This document shows positions 38,118 to 47,403 of a stretch of DNA of 64,000 nt, piece by piece. The position numbers were made by a program, and so were the translations under genes. The stretch comes from a bacterium (lineage in GTDB: Bacteria > Patescibacteriota > Minisyncoccia > UBA6257 > WO2-44-18), in the NCBI GenBank assembly GCA_030646995.1, contig JAUSKF010000002.1:12092-76091 (forward strand), read 5' to 3'. Numbering within the stretch: position 1 is the stretch's first letter; each line of letters opens with the position of its first letter. The notes under the pieces are model-generated. The model was not told where the DNA came from. It saw nothing but the letters and a program-made list of their open reading frames with translations, and made no database searches.

Positions 38118-38243
38118 AACCACTTCTTTATTATAGATTGACAAATCTAAAGAAGTGAGTTATCTTATTTGCAGTTCCGTAATGGCTTGATTAATCCAAC
38201 GGGATTGATCGCCAGCGCATACTTTCTTATTCAGGAGAGTCCT

Positions 38244-38510
38244 ATGAAGATGGACGAAAAAGCTACGTTCAGCACGGTAGTTATCGTAATTGCGTCGATG
38301 ATTGTCGCGATGAGTCTTTCGATTGCTTTCGGCTTTTTTGCCGGAATTGCAGGGATGATCTTCTCCATTGTGCTATTCCTGATGCTTGATTCCATCGATG
38401 AGAGTCTCTCCATGTTGGCCAGTGCCAAAGCTGCGGATAGTCTGGTGAATCAGAAAAAGCCCGCCGAAACCTACACTGACAAGGGTGAAAAAGTTGAAGT
38501 GAAGGCTTGA
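38244..38510 (+). CDS. Small two-TM hypothetical protein
   Basis: CAGGAG RBS, TTGACA promoter at 38138, terminator after. Confidence 0.65.
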   Translation: MKMDEKATFSTVVIVIASMIVAMSLSIAFGFFAGIAGMIFSIVLFLMLDSIDESLSMLASAKAADSLVNQKKPAETYTDKGEKVEVKA

Positions 38511-38582
38511 AATTTGTCCGCCTCGACACCGAGGCGGATTTTTATTACTCTGATTCAGGTTAATTGAAATAAAAGAGGCGCG

Positions 38583-40088
38583 ATGAAACCCGACGAATAC
38601 GAGCTGACGCTGGCCGAGTGGGAATTTATCAAAACTTTTTTGACCGACAGGGGATTGCCGATTGATGTCGACAAAACCTTCAACGATGTGTATATCAAGA
38701 CCCGTTATTCGAAAGTTCGTTCGCGTTCGGAAATTTATGATTTTTCCACCGAGATTGCGCCTGGGCTAACCTTGGGATTGCCGTTTATTATGGCGAATAT
38801 GGTTTGTGTCGCGGACGCCAAGGCGATCGTGGCTCTGGAAAGAGAGGGCGGCCTCGGAATTCCTCCACAAATGTTGGAATTGAAGACGCGCTTGGAGATG
38901 TTGGATGAGATCGGCCGGAGAGATTCCGCGCTAATCGATAATCCGCTTACTATTTATCCCGACGCCACCCTGGAAGAAGCCAAAAAATTAATGGGTAAGC
39001 GCGGCGTTTCTAGTTTGATCGTGATCAACGGAGAAGATAGGCCGATCGGCATCTTGAGTACGCGAGACTGGATGTACGAAGCTGATGAAGGGAAATTCGT
39101 TGGCGATCTGATGGGCGGAAAAAGAAAACTTTACGCCGCCAAAAAGGGCATAAGCTTCGGGGAGGCGGCCAAGATCTTGAAGCGTCATGAGATTGAAAAA
39201 CTGCCGCTGCTGGGAAAGAATGGCGCTTTGGCCGGTCTGATCACGGCTCACGGCTTGTTCTACAAACACCATCATCCCCGCGCTACGCGCGACGAGAAAG
39301 GACGTTTTCTGAAAGTCGGAAGTGTAGGAGTCGGCCAATATTTCACCGCAGCTCATATGCGAGAGGTGGAAACGCAGGTCCGTAAAGGAATTTGTCTGTT
39401 ACTGATCGATACGGCGCGCGCGTTTTCTATTAACACCAAAGAGGCGGTGGAAGCGGTGCGGGCGCGGTTCCCTGAGCTTCCGCTGATGGTCGGCAACGTG
39501 GATTGTCCCGAAGGAGCGAAGGCTCTTTTCCAGTGGGGTGTGGATATCGTAAAAGTCGGCATCGGCCCCGGAGAGGCTTGCCGCACCCGCGAAGTCGGCG
39601 TCGGAATGCCCCAGCTTTCCGCTGTTGCCAAGTGCGCGGCGGTAGCGCGGATGGAATCAGTGAACGGAAAACGAAAATATATCGTTGCCGACGGGGGAAT
39701 GAAAAACCCGGGCGACATTTGCAAGGCGCTGGTTGCCGGAGCGGACGCGGTAATGTCGGGCTCGCTGTTCATTGGAGCCATTGAATCGGCCGCTGAAGCG
39801 AACGTGAATAAACATGGGTTGCGGATCAAAGAATACGTTGGTTCGGCTTCATCTAAAGCGCAAAAGGAGCGCATCAACCATGGAACACTTGTTAAAAAAC
39901 GTCGCCCCGAAGGTGTATCGCAAGAAATGCCAGTGCTGGGTACGATGGAAGAAGTAGTTGAGGAATTGGTCGACGGAATGAAGTCTACCCTTAGCTTCCT
40001 CGGAGCTTGGAATATTCAGGAACTGAAAACCAGAGGAAAATTCGGCTTGCAAACCTCCGCCGGACTGAAAGAAGGAATAAAAAAGTAA
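38583..40088 (+). CDS. IMP dehydrogenase / GMP reductase family protein with CBS pair
   Basis: TFNDV, CBS x2, KVGIGPGEACRTR, ADGG, YVGSAS, PEG. Confidence 0.88.
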   Translation: MKPDEYELTLAEWEFIKTFLTDRGLPIDVDKTFNDVYIKTRYSKVRSRSEIYDFSTEIAPGLTLGLPFIMANMVCVADAKAIVALEREGGLGIPPQMLELKTRLEMLDEIGRRDSALIDNPLTIYPDATLEEAKKLMGKRGVSSLIVINGEDRPIGILSTRDWMYEADEGKFVGDLMGGKRKLYAAKKGISFGEAAKILKRHEIEKLPLLGKNGALAGLITAHGLFYKHHHPRATRDEKGRFLKVGSVGVGQYFTAAHMREVETQVRKGICLLLIDTARAFSINTKEAVEAVRARFPELPLMVGNVDCPEGAKALFQWGVDIVKVGIGPGEACRTREVGVGMPQLSAVAKCAAVARMESVNGKRKYIVADGGMKNPGDICKALVAGADAVMSGSLFIGAIESAAEANVNKHGLRIKEYVGSASSKAQKERINHGTLVKKRRPEGVSQEMPVLGTMEEVVEELVDGMKSTLSFLGAWNIQELKTRGKFGLQTSAGLKEGIKK

Positions 40089-40151
40089 TAACTGATGACT
40101 AACAACTAACGACTAAGAACCGGTACGCCCGCTTGCAAAAGCGGGTTTTTT

Positions 40152-40232
40152 TTACCTACTGCTCAAAATTTTCAATTCAAAGAAGTAGAAAATTTTGTGT
40201 GCAGTAGCAATCCTGGGCGTAGCGTAGGATTA
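40152..40232. repeat. 81-bp element family 1, copy B
   Basis: Begins in the T-tract of the terminator at 40128-40153. Confidence 0.9.
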
Positions 40233-40297
40233 TCTTGCAAAAAATCAACAGAAGTGTTAATATCTCGCCAGAACCCTAACAGGAAAGGAGAGTGCTC

Positions 40298-40642
40298 ATG
40301 GTTCGTATGCACGACGGAGAGATGTATCTGGTATCTGTGGCGCACGGAGGCAGAGGGCATGGCGAAGAAATGTCGATGCTTTGTTTGGCCGACGACTTGG
40401 AGTTCGCGCTGAACACCGCCCGGACGGCCGAAAAGTTCGGCTATGACATTTCGCGCGGTGATGACGGCATCTTCATCTGGAAGTTTAATGTTAACGTTAT
40501 CTACGCAAATCGTTTTCCTATCTTCGAGCGGCGTCTGACTTATAAAAGGGTTTCCGACACGGAAAAATCTTGGGTCGAGCATTGGAACTCCGCCGCCCAC
40601 AAGGCTTTGGTTAAAAATAAGGTGGTCCGATCCCGCAAGTAG
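40298..40642 (+). CDS. Hypothetical protein
   Basis: AAGGAG RBS; terminator at 40653-40678. Confidence 0.6.
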   Translation: MVRMHDGEMYLVSVAHGGRGHGEEMSMLCLADDLEFALNTARTAEKFGYDISRGDDGIFIWKFNVNVIYANRFPIFERRLTYKRVSDTEKSWVEHWNSAAHKALVKNKVVRSRK

Positions 40643-40757
40643 CATCACCCACCCCGCTTGAATAAAGCGGGGTTTTTTGTTCTGGGGAGAAGTCTATTTA
40701 TCATTTTAGTTATAATGTATAAAACGGTCTCCAATTATAAAAATAATAAATATAAAT

Positions 40758-41642
40758 ATGCCAGCAATATTAGTTATTCTCGTATTAGTGCTAGGAGGAG
40801 GGGCATCTGTCGCGTCGGAACAGGCTACTCCCGGTAGCTTGCTTTACCCCGTAAAGGTCAATATCAATGAAGGGGTGATCGGAGCGCTTTCCTTCTCAGC
40901 CAAAGCTAAGGCAAATTGGGATGTCCGGGTTACAGAGCGACGTCTTGAGGAAGCCGAAGAGCTTTCGGCGGAAGGGAAGCTTGATGCTGATGCTCGGGCG
41001 CAGATTGAAGAGAACTTTGCAGCGCATGCCGACCGGGTTCATGAGCGCATTAGTGATTTCCAGGCTCGCAGCGATTTCAACGCGGCCGCGGATGTGGCCG
41101 CCAATTTTGCAACTTCTCTCCGCGTGCACCAGACGATTCTTGAACGCCTTGCTCTAGAGAATAGTTCGCAAGCGGTTGAAGTAAACCACATAGTGGTAAA
41201 AGTTCGCGAGCAAGAGTTGGTGACTGCCAAAGAGCGAACCAAAGCGGAAGCAAGCGCATCTTCTCAAGCCAGCCCAGACGTGCAAGCGGCGGCAGAGGGC
41301 CGGATGGGAGCGGCGCAGAATAAGATTTCCGAGGTCAGAGCTTTTCTGAACCGAATGAAGACATCTCTCACCGCATCGGCAGTAGCCAACGCGGAAGCGC
41401 AATTAGCTGTTGCTGACAAGCTCTTCGCTGATGGAAAAGTAAAACTGGATGCGAAAGCTTACGCTGAAGCCTTTACGCTGTTTGGCAAAGCTCACGAAGC
41501 CGCTCAAGCGGTAAAATTGATGCTGGATTCCAGCGAACGACTCGATCTTGATATTCGCGTGGATACTAAGATGGATGTCGAGACTAGGACAACTAATTCA
41601 GCTGGAGTTAAAGTAGACGCTTCGGTAAAAATCGGTCTGTAA
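40758..41642 (+). CDS. DUF5667-like secreted helical protein
   Basis: LGGG.S.ASE..PG..LYPVK..INE, RRLEEAE; paralog of 9582. Confidence 0.8.
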   Translation: MPAILVILVLVLGGGASVASEQATPGSLLYPVKVNINEGVIGALSFSAKAKANWDVRVTERRLEEAEELSAEGKLDADARAQIEENFAAHADRVHERISDFQARSDFNAAADVAANFATSLRVHQTILERLALENSSQAVEVNHIVVKVREQELVTAKERTKAEASASSQASPDVQAAAEGRMGAAQNKISEVRAFLNRMKTSLTASAVANAEAQLAVADKLFADGKVKLDAKAYAEAFTLFGKAHEAAQAVKLMLDSSERLDLDIRVDTKMDVETRTTNSAGVKVDASVKIGL

Positions 41643-41776
41643 GGTTTGGATCAAATAAAAATCCCCCAAAGAGGTTCACCCGCCTCCGGCGGGGGATTTT
41701 TTTATTTCTTTCCATTCCCACTTATTCCACTATTCGCGCGAATAAGGTCATAAGGGGAGTAGGGCGGGAGGAAATT

Positions 41777-42334
41777 TCACTGCAGCATTCCGTATTTTTT
41801 GTTCTGAGCCGTCATTTTCAGAAAGTAGGCCAAGCGAGTTTTTCGGCCTTGGTTCCAGGCGGAGGCAGTAATCCAAGCGATGCGAATCCGGCGATAATGC
41901 TCCGGAAACTTTTTAAAATTATTCCAGACTTGCATATCTTTTTTCATCGCCTTTTGTAGCCAGAGGGGGATTACAATCTTTCCGGCGTTTTCGGCTTTGT
42001 GGTGGCCCTTGGTGGCGGCGATTCCGGCTGGGTGCATCAATCCAGCCTTAAATAACCGGCGGGCTTTTTCTTTATTCAACTCCGACCAGCTACTTTTTGG
42101 ATTGCGCGGGCTGAACCTTTGAGCAAAGGAATCTTTATCAACCGTCTTCACGGTGCTGTCTATCCAGCCGAAACAGAGCGCCTCATTTACTGCGTCGCCA
42201 TATTCCACCCGCGGCTTGCCGGAACTCTTTTTGTAATAGACCAGCCAGATCTCTTTGGCCTTGGCGTGATTCTTCTCCAACCACTTCCGCCAAGTTTTCC
42301 GATTAGGAGCGTAAAAAAGTTTACCTAGTTTCAC
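41777..42334 (-). CDS. YdeI/OmpD-associated family protein
   Basis: WR.WL..NH, EALCFGWIDS, FSPR...S.WS..NK. Confidence 0.9.
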   Translation of the reverse strand: MKLGKLFYAPNRKTWRKWLEKNHAKAKEIWLVYYKKSSGKPRVEYGDAVNEALCFGWIDSTVKTVDKDSFAQRFSPRNPKSSWSELNKEKARRLFKAGLMHPAGIAATKGHHKAENAGKIVIPLWLQKAMKKDMQVWNNFKKFPEHYRRIRIAWITASAWNQGRKTRLAYFLKMTAQNKKYGMLQ

Positions 42335-42792
42335 TGTCTAAGATTTTTTATTTCTTCAAGTTCTTCTTCTGAATCACACCAAATAAGAGCCCAGTATTTT
42401 TCTCGGCCTAATTTTTCATATGCTCCGTAGCGGTGATTTCCATCTCGAACGGAAAAAATGCCGCCGGCGTAAGAAACAATAAATGGGGCGAGATCTCCCT
42501 CTGATTGAATATACTCAATCAAAGAATTAACTTTTCTATTCCAATTTTCTATGGATTCCTGATATTCCATTTCTTTTTCCGGACCACAACACCTTTCCAA
42601 CTTTTTCAGAGGGAAGAGCATGGGGCCAGCCCAGTACCTTTTTCGTTTCTTCAACCCATCGGCTAAGGCGGAATTTTTTCCTTCCGCGCGCAAAAAAGTA
42701 TCTATCCATTTTTCCAATTGGCCGTCTTGGGAGTGTTTTGTGATCTCTGCTATCAAGTCGTGATGGGTGGACTTATTGTTGGACTGATTCAT
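42331..42792 (-). CDS. ParB/Sulfiredoxin-like domain protein
   Basis: PFIV.....VRDGNHRY.A. Confidence 0.75.
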   Translation of the reverse strand: MNQSNNKSTHHDLIAEITKHSQDGQLEKWIDTFLRAEGKNSALADGLKKRKRYWAGPMLFPLKKLERCCGPEKEMEYQESIENWNRKVNSLIEYIQSEGDLAPFIVSYAGGIFSVRDGNHRYGAYEKLGREKYWALIWCDSEEELEEIKNLRQ

Positions 42793-42936
42793 CGAAAAAT
42801 TATAACACCAGCTTGAACAAAGGCGAGTTTTTCATTATTCTATGAAAAGACTTTGCTTCCGGCTCCTGCTCTGCGGGGGCTCGGGCAAGTCCAGGAAAAG
42901 TGTTCATTAAGTTAGGCGCACGTGCTATAATAGCAA

Positions 42937-43356
42937 GTGATGACCTCAAAAGAATTACGAATCGCAGGAGCAATGTTGTATGTAGGGGAGGGGACGAAAT
43001 TACGCAAAGATCCTCGCTACAAAAACACATTCATCTACGCTATTGAGCTCACTAATTCTGACCCGCAGATTGTCGCGCTGTTCATCAAGTTCTTGAAAGA
43101 AGAGCTGGAAGTTGATTTCAGTAAGGTTAGAGGCCAGCTCTTTATTTACCCCGACCTGAACCGGGAAAAGGTTATGCGGGTCTGGAGCCGCAAAACCGGG
43201 ATTCCGATTGCGCAGTTCCAAAAGGTCATTATGCTGAAACCGAGAAGTTTGGTATTCAGACATAGTCCGTTGGGAACTTTTAAAGTCCGAATGAGCAGTA
43301 AGGAGAAGTTTCTAAAGCTTCAATCTATAATTGAAAGCGTTTGGAAAAGCGTATAG
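42937..43356 (+). CDS. LAGLIDADG-like protein of the CPR type, immediately upstream of tRNA-Ser
   Basis: AGAMLYVGEGTK helix, NSDP..V..F..FL, WS..TGIP..QF, G..KV. Confidence 0.7.
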   Translation: MMTSKELRIAGAMLYVGEGTKLRKDPRYKNTFIYAIELTNSDPQIVALFIKFLKEELEVDFSKVRGQLFIYPDLNREKVMRVWSRKTGIPIAQFQKVIMLKPRSLVFRHSPLGTFKVRMSSKEKFLKLQSIIESVWKSV

Positions 43357-43373
43357 TATCGACAAGTTAACAC

Positions 43374-43461
43374 GGAGGCGTCGCATAGCGGCCTAGTGCG
43401 TGCGCTTGGAAAGCGCATATACCGAAAGGTATCGAAGGTTCGAATCCTTCCGCCTCCGCCA
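43374..43461 (+). tRNA. tRNA-Ser(GGA)
   Basis: GGAGGCG acceptor, loop TTGGAAA, long variable arm, encoded CCA. Confidence 0.96.
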
Positions 43462-43624
43462 GTTGGGAAATGAAGTCATTGGCTCGCCCGCTACGCGGGC
43501 TCGCCAGCCGTTTTGAATTCAGTAAGGCCAGAAGCGGGTTTTTCTTTTCTGAATTGAATAAAACTGGTATCTTAATAATGTGTGAATATTGAGAACCTAT
43601 TGTGATAGGCGTGTAATAAAAAGT

Positions 43625-44563
43625 ATGAACCAAAAAGGATTTCCACAACTTATCTTAATGGTCGTTGTTGTAGTAGTTGTCGTGGCAGGAGGTGGTATTT
43701 GGTATTATCAGAAATCGGCTGAACAAAATAAACCTGTATCAGAGGTGCAAGTGGTCCCGGAATCGCCCTCTGTTCCAACCGAACAGCCCAAACAGCAAGT
43801 TAAAGAACAAGAACAGCCGCAAACAACAGAGGTGTTAAAACCTTCGGAGAAACCCGTTACTCAAGAAACCACAAACAATAATAGCCCGATTTCTCCTTAT
43901 TCGGTTATATGGAATAGCAAAGATTTTACCTGGTATCCAAATGGGACTCCGCCTGCCTGTCCGCAGCCGCTTACATTAAAAACGCCAGTAGATATGCAAT
44001 TGGTGACCGGAGCGTTATGGCCCGGTCAGGTGCGAGGTGGATACAAAGCCCACGGTGGTTTTCGATTTAATAACGACGGCACAAATGATATAACGGTTCG
44101 TGCTCCGGTTGGCAGCCATCTTATTCAAGCAAGTCAATATTTAGAGGGTGGAGAGAAACAGTATTTCTTTGTTTTTTCCGTTCCATGTGGATTTGTTTAT
44201 CGCTTAGATCACGCCAGAGTATTATCTGTGAAACTATCAGAAGCAGTAAAGAATCTACCGCCCGCGACCGAGGGCGATAGCAGGACAAGTTATATTAACC
44301 CTCCGGTGTGGGTAGATGCTGGAGAAGTTGTGGCTACTTCAATAGGAGTTACCAAAAATATATTTGTTGACTTTGGGTTGTACGATGTGCGAAAACCAAA
44401 TAATGTAACACCAAATCCAGCTTGGGCTGATCTTTATGCAGCCGATAAAGAATTCGGGCATTACGGAGTCTGTTTTTTTGATTATCTTTCCGGCAATGAC
44501 GGCACAACCATGCGCTCCCTTCCCACTGGAAAGGAGGGCAAGGTCAGCGATTATTGTAAATAA
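43625..44563 (+). CDS. Surface protein with pilin-like N-terminus and degenerate M23-like domain
   Basis: MNQKGF + TM, Pro/Gln/Glu linker, KAHGG.., VRAP, YRLDH. Confidence 0.65.
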   Translation: MNQKGFPQLILMVVVVVVVVAGGGIWYYQKSAEQNKPVSEVQVVPESPSVPTEQPKQQVKEQEQPQTTEVLKPSEKPVTQETTNNNSPISPYSVIWNSKDFTWYPNGTPPACPQPLTLKTPVDMQLVTGALWPGQVRGGYKAHGGFRFNNDGTNDITVRAPVGSHLIQASQYLEGGEKQYFFVFSVPCGFVYRLDHARVLSVKLSEAVKNLPPATEGDSRTSYINPPVWVDAGEVVATSIGVTKNIFVDFGLYDVRKPNNVTPNPAWADLYAADKEFGHYGVCFFDYLSGNDGTTMRSLPTGKEGKVSDYCK

Positions 44564-44655
44564 AAAAGCCGAGTTTCTGGAAAAGCAAAATTGAGAAACA
44601 TAAAGAAATAATTTAAAAGACCCGCCTCATCGGCGGGTTTTAATTTATCAATTTA

Positions 44656-45276
44656 CTATGGCTCGAGCGGTGGGAGGGAATCGCCGGTGATGGCGTCGAT
44701 CACATCATTGATCTGAATCGGGGATTGGATCAGGCCCTCGGGCGGGGTGATTGTCGCGGTTTGGGGCTTGGTGTTTGGCTTCTTCACACCTACCGTAGTG
44801 CTGGTCGGGGTTGTGCTTATGGTACCTTTTACTTCTGGTTCAGGCTCGGTGTCTCCTTCGGGATTTTTGAGTTTACCCAAAGATTCGCGCGAAACAGTGA
44901 GCGCATCCTCGACAGCTTGTTTTACCTCGCCCTCGGCTTGCGGCACCACATCGGACAGTGCTTGCTCTTCCGCGGCGGCAAGATCAGCGACTTGATCGGC
45001 CAATTCCGGTTTTTGGCTTGAGACCGCGACCACTGCGTCAGTGGTGTTTTTGAGCGCGGCCAGGGTTTGGTTCACGATTTCAGTGGTTTCTTTATTCTCC
45101 ACAAGCTTGGCGACTTCCTGTATCGTCAAAAGCGACGGGTTTCTAACGCCCCGCTCTAAACCGCTAATGTATGTTCGGTGGACGCCCAAAACCCTTGCTA
45201 TATCGCCCTGCGACATTTCTTTTTGTAGGCGCACTTTGCGGACTTTTTGCCCGAATTTCGATACTTCTTTATTCAT
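44656..45276 (-). pseudogene. Chimeric ORF: XRE-family HTH fused to the C-terminal remnant of an unrelated low-complexity protein
   Basis: MNKEVSKFGQKVRKVR..MSQGDIARVLGVHRTYISGLERG.RNPSL..I..VAK, then an abrupt switch near 45102. Confidence 0.6.
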
Positions 45277-45667
45277 ATGCGTAAAATCCACTTGCAGATA
45301 TTTTAGCAAATGTTGTATAATTGGTCTATGGAGAGCAATTACTCTATAAGCATTTCGGGGAGAAGAGTTGTGTTGCCCGCGCAATGGGAGGGTTGGGCAA
45401 GGGCAACTCTATTTTGTTTTAGTGGCGGCGCATTTCTGAAATCCGAAACCCCCAGTCCGAAACCCGCCCACATTCCTCCCCAGACCCCTCCTGCGGGCGG
45501 GAAAAGAGCCGGGGCAGGGCGAATCCATTCCCCCAGACAAATTGTTTCGCCCTGCCGAGTCCGCTTTAATCATCTGGATTCTGCTCGAAATAGTTTCGAA
45601 CTTTGTCCAACAAACACCGCCAGTTATTAAGTTAAGCTATGCTTAGTTCAAAGGGGCCTAAACAAAC

Positions 45668-46189
45668 ATGGAACACTCAATCTACTTAGCGAAAGTAATC
45701 GGTTTAGTGAGTGTGATTGCCTCACTGGCAATTTTAGCGCGCTATAAGAGGAATATAGAGCTTGAAATAGAAGTGACGAAAATTCCCGGTCTGACTTTTT
45801 TGGCCGGATTCGGCATTCTCGTTCTCGGCGCCTTGATGGTGGTGAGCCATAACATCTGGGTAGCTGACTGGCGGGTTGTCATCACAATCCTCAGCTGGTC
45901 CGTGCTGTTGAAAGGAACTGGAAGGATCTTCGTCCCGGAAGCGGTGAAATATATGATTGAAAAGAAGCGCACCGTCCGCTGGTTCATCCTCGGCGAGATT
46001 GTTCTTTTGCTGGTTGGTTTATTCCTGATGTATCAAGGATTTGTTGCTCCGAAACTGGCCGAAAGTTACAAGCCCGGAATTCCTGATGGAGTAGCGTGCA
46101 CAATGGACGCGAAGATGTGCGCTGATGGTTCATATGTCGGCAGAGGCGGCCCGAAGTGCGAGTTCTCTAAGTGTCCGAATGAAATCTAA
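45668..46189 (+). CDS. Four-TM protein with C-terminal four-Cys mini-domain
   Basis: HNIW..DWRV..T; CTMDAKMC.DGSYVGR.GP.CEF..CP. Confidence 0.75.
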   Translation: MEHSIYLAKVIGLVSVIASLAILARYKRNIELEIEVTKIPGLTFLAGFGILVLGALMVVSHNIWVADWRVVITILSWSVLLKGTGRIFVPEAVKYMIEKKRTVRWFILGEIVLLLVGLFLMYQGFVAPKLAESYKPGIPDGVACTMDAKMCADGSYVGRGGPKCEFSKCPNEI

Positions 46190-46242
46190 AGGCCCCTCGT
46201 TAAGAAGGGGCTTTTTTATTTTACGCGGAACTTGATGCTAGA

Positions 46243-46635
46243 ATGAAGCAAATGAAAAAACTACCGCACGACAACGTTTGGACCCGTCTGATGCCTTCCA
46301 AAATCAGCGGCGTTGGCGTTTTTGCTATTAGAGATATTTCGGCCAACACTAATCTTTTCGAAGATGATGATGTAAAAATGGTTACGCTTCAGAAACCGGA
46401 AATTGATGCGATGGACTTGGAAACCAAAAAGCTCTACGATGATTTTTGCGTAATTAGAGGCGACAAATACATCTGCCCGCAAAACTTCAATGATATCACC
46501 GTGGGCTGGTTCATAAATCACTCCACGAATAATCCGAATGTCCGTTGTGATAAAAATCTTGTATTCCACAGCGCCAGAGATATCAAGGCAGGGGAGGAGC
46601 TCACGCTGGATTACTCAACTTACAGCGAAAAATAA
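46243..46635 (+). CDS. SET domain protein
   Basis: S.I.GVGVFA.RDI, FINHS..PN, ARDIKAGEELTLDY. Confidence 0.92.
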   Translation: MKQMKKLPHDNVWTRLMPSKISGVGVFAIRDISANTNLFEDDDVKMVTLQKPEIDAMDLETKKLYDDFCVIRGDKYICPQNFNDITVGWFINHSTNNPNVRCDKNLVFHSARDIKAGEELTLDYSTYSEK

Positions 46636-46642
46636 ATAAATG

Positions 46643-46766
46643 ATCCCGTTAGAAGCAGCCAATCTAAATAACTATAATAATCAACATGCAAAAAACAGTC
46701 GTAAATAACAAAGTAGTCTGCGTGTCACGGGTACGCCCGGCAGGCGCACCCTGCTTCTAACGGGAT
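46643..46766. mobile_element. MITE-like element with 16-bp perfect terminal inverted repeats
   Basis: ATCCCGTTAGAAGCAG (46643-46658) / CTGCTTCTAACGGGAT (46751-46766). Confidence 0.8.
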
Positions 46767-47223
46767 GAAAAAACGTCGTAATTTCTCACTTCCGGACCAG
46801 AACGGAAAAATTCATACCTTAAGCGACTACAAAGGCCAGTGGGTACTGGTGTATTTTTATCCGAAAGATGACACGCCGGGATGCAATGCTGAGGCCTGCG
46901 CGATTCGCGATAACTTTCCGGAATTCCAAAAGCTCGGCATCCGGGTTTTCGGCATCAGCGCCGATCCGGTTAAAAGTCATGCTAAATTTGCGGAAAAATT
47001 TAATCTACCGTTCACTTTAATTTCCGATGAAAAAAGAACCACCATTAAAAGATGGGGTGCTTGGCAGAAAAAAAGAGCGATGGGAAAGACGTATATGGGC
47101 ATCGCACGCATGTCCTTTCTGATTGACCCCGATGGCGATATTGCCATCACCTATGGAGAAGTGACGCCGGAAACTCATGCGCAAGAAGTTTTAGACGATT
47201 TGAAGGAATTATTGAATAAATAA
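46765..47223 (+). CDS. bcp: Peroxiredoxin Q / bacterioferritin comigratory protein
   Basis: YFYPKDDTPGC..EAC. Confidence 0.93.
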   Translation: MKKRRNFSLPDQNGKIHTLSDYKGQWVLVYFYPKDDTPGCNAEACAIRDNFPEFQKLGIRVFGISADPVKSHAKFAEKFNLPFTLISDEKRTTIKRWGAWQKKRAMGKTYMGIARMSFLIDPDGDIAITYGEVTPETHAQEVLDDLKELLNK

Positions 47224-47256
47224 AAACCGCTTCTTATAGGGGCGGTTTTTTTGTTG

Positions 47257-47353
47257 TTACCTACTGCTCAAAATTTTCAATTCAAAGAAGTAGAAAATTT
47301 TGTGTGCAGTAGCAATCCTGAGCCTGCCTGCCGGCAGGCGTAGCGTAGGACTA
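47257..47353. repeat. 81-bp element family 1, copy C, carrying a 16-bp palindrome insertion
   Basis: Extra CCTGCCTGCCGGCAGG at 47323-47338 relative to copies A, B, D. Confidence 0.9.
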
Positions 47354-47403
47354 CAAATAACTTGATATTTTATATCAATTATGATACTCTATGAGCCTAT
47401 TAA

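Noticed and set aside
45310-45630. 106-aa ORF or recombinase remnant
   Set aside because: Pro/Gly-rich translation of hairpin DNA with no recognisable catalytic motif
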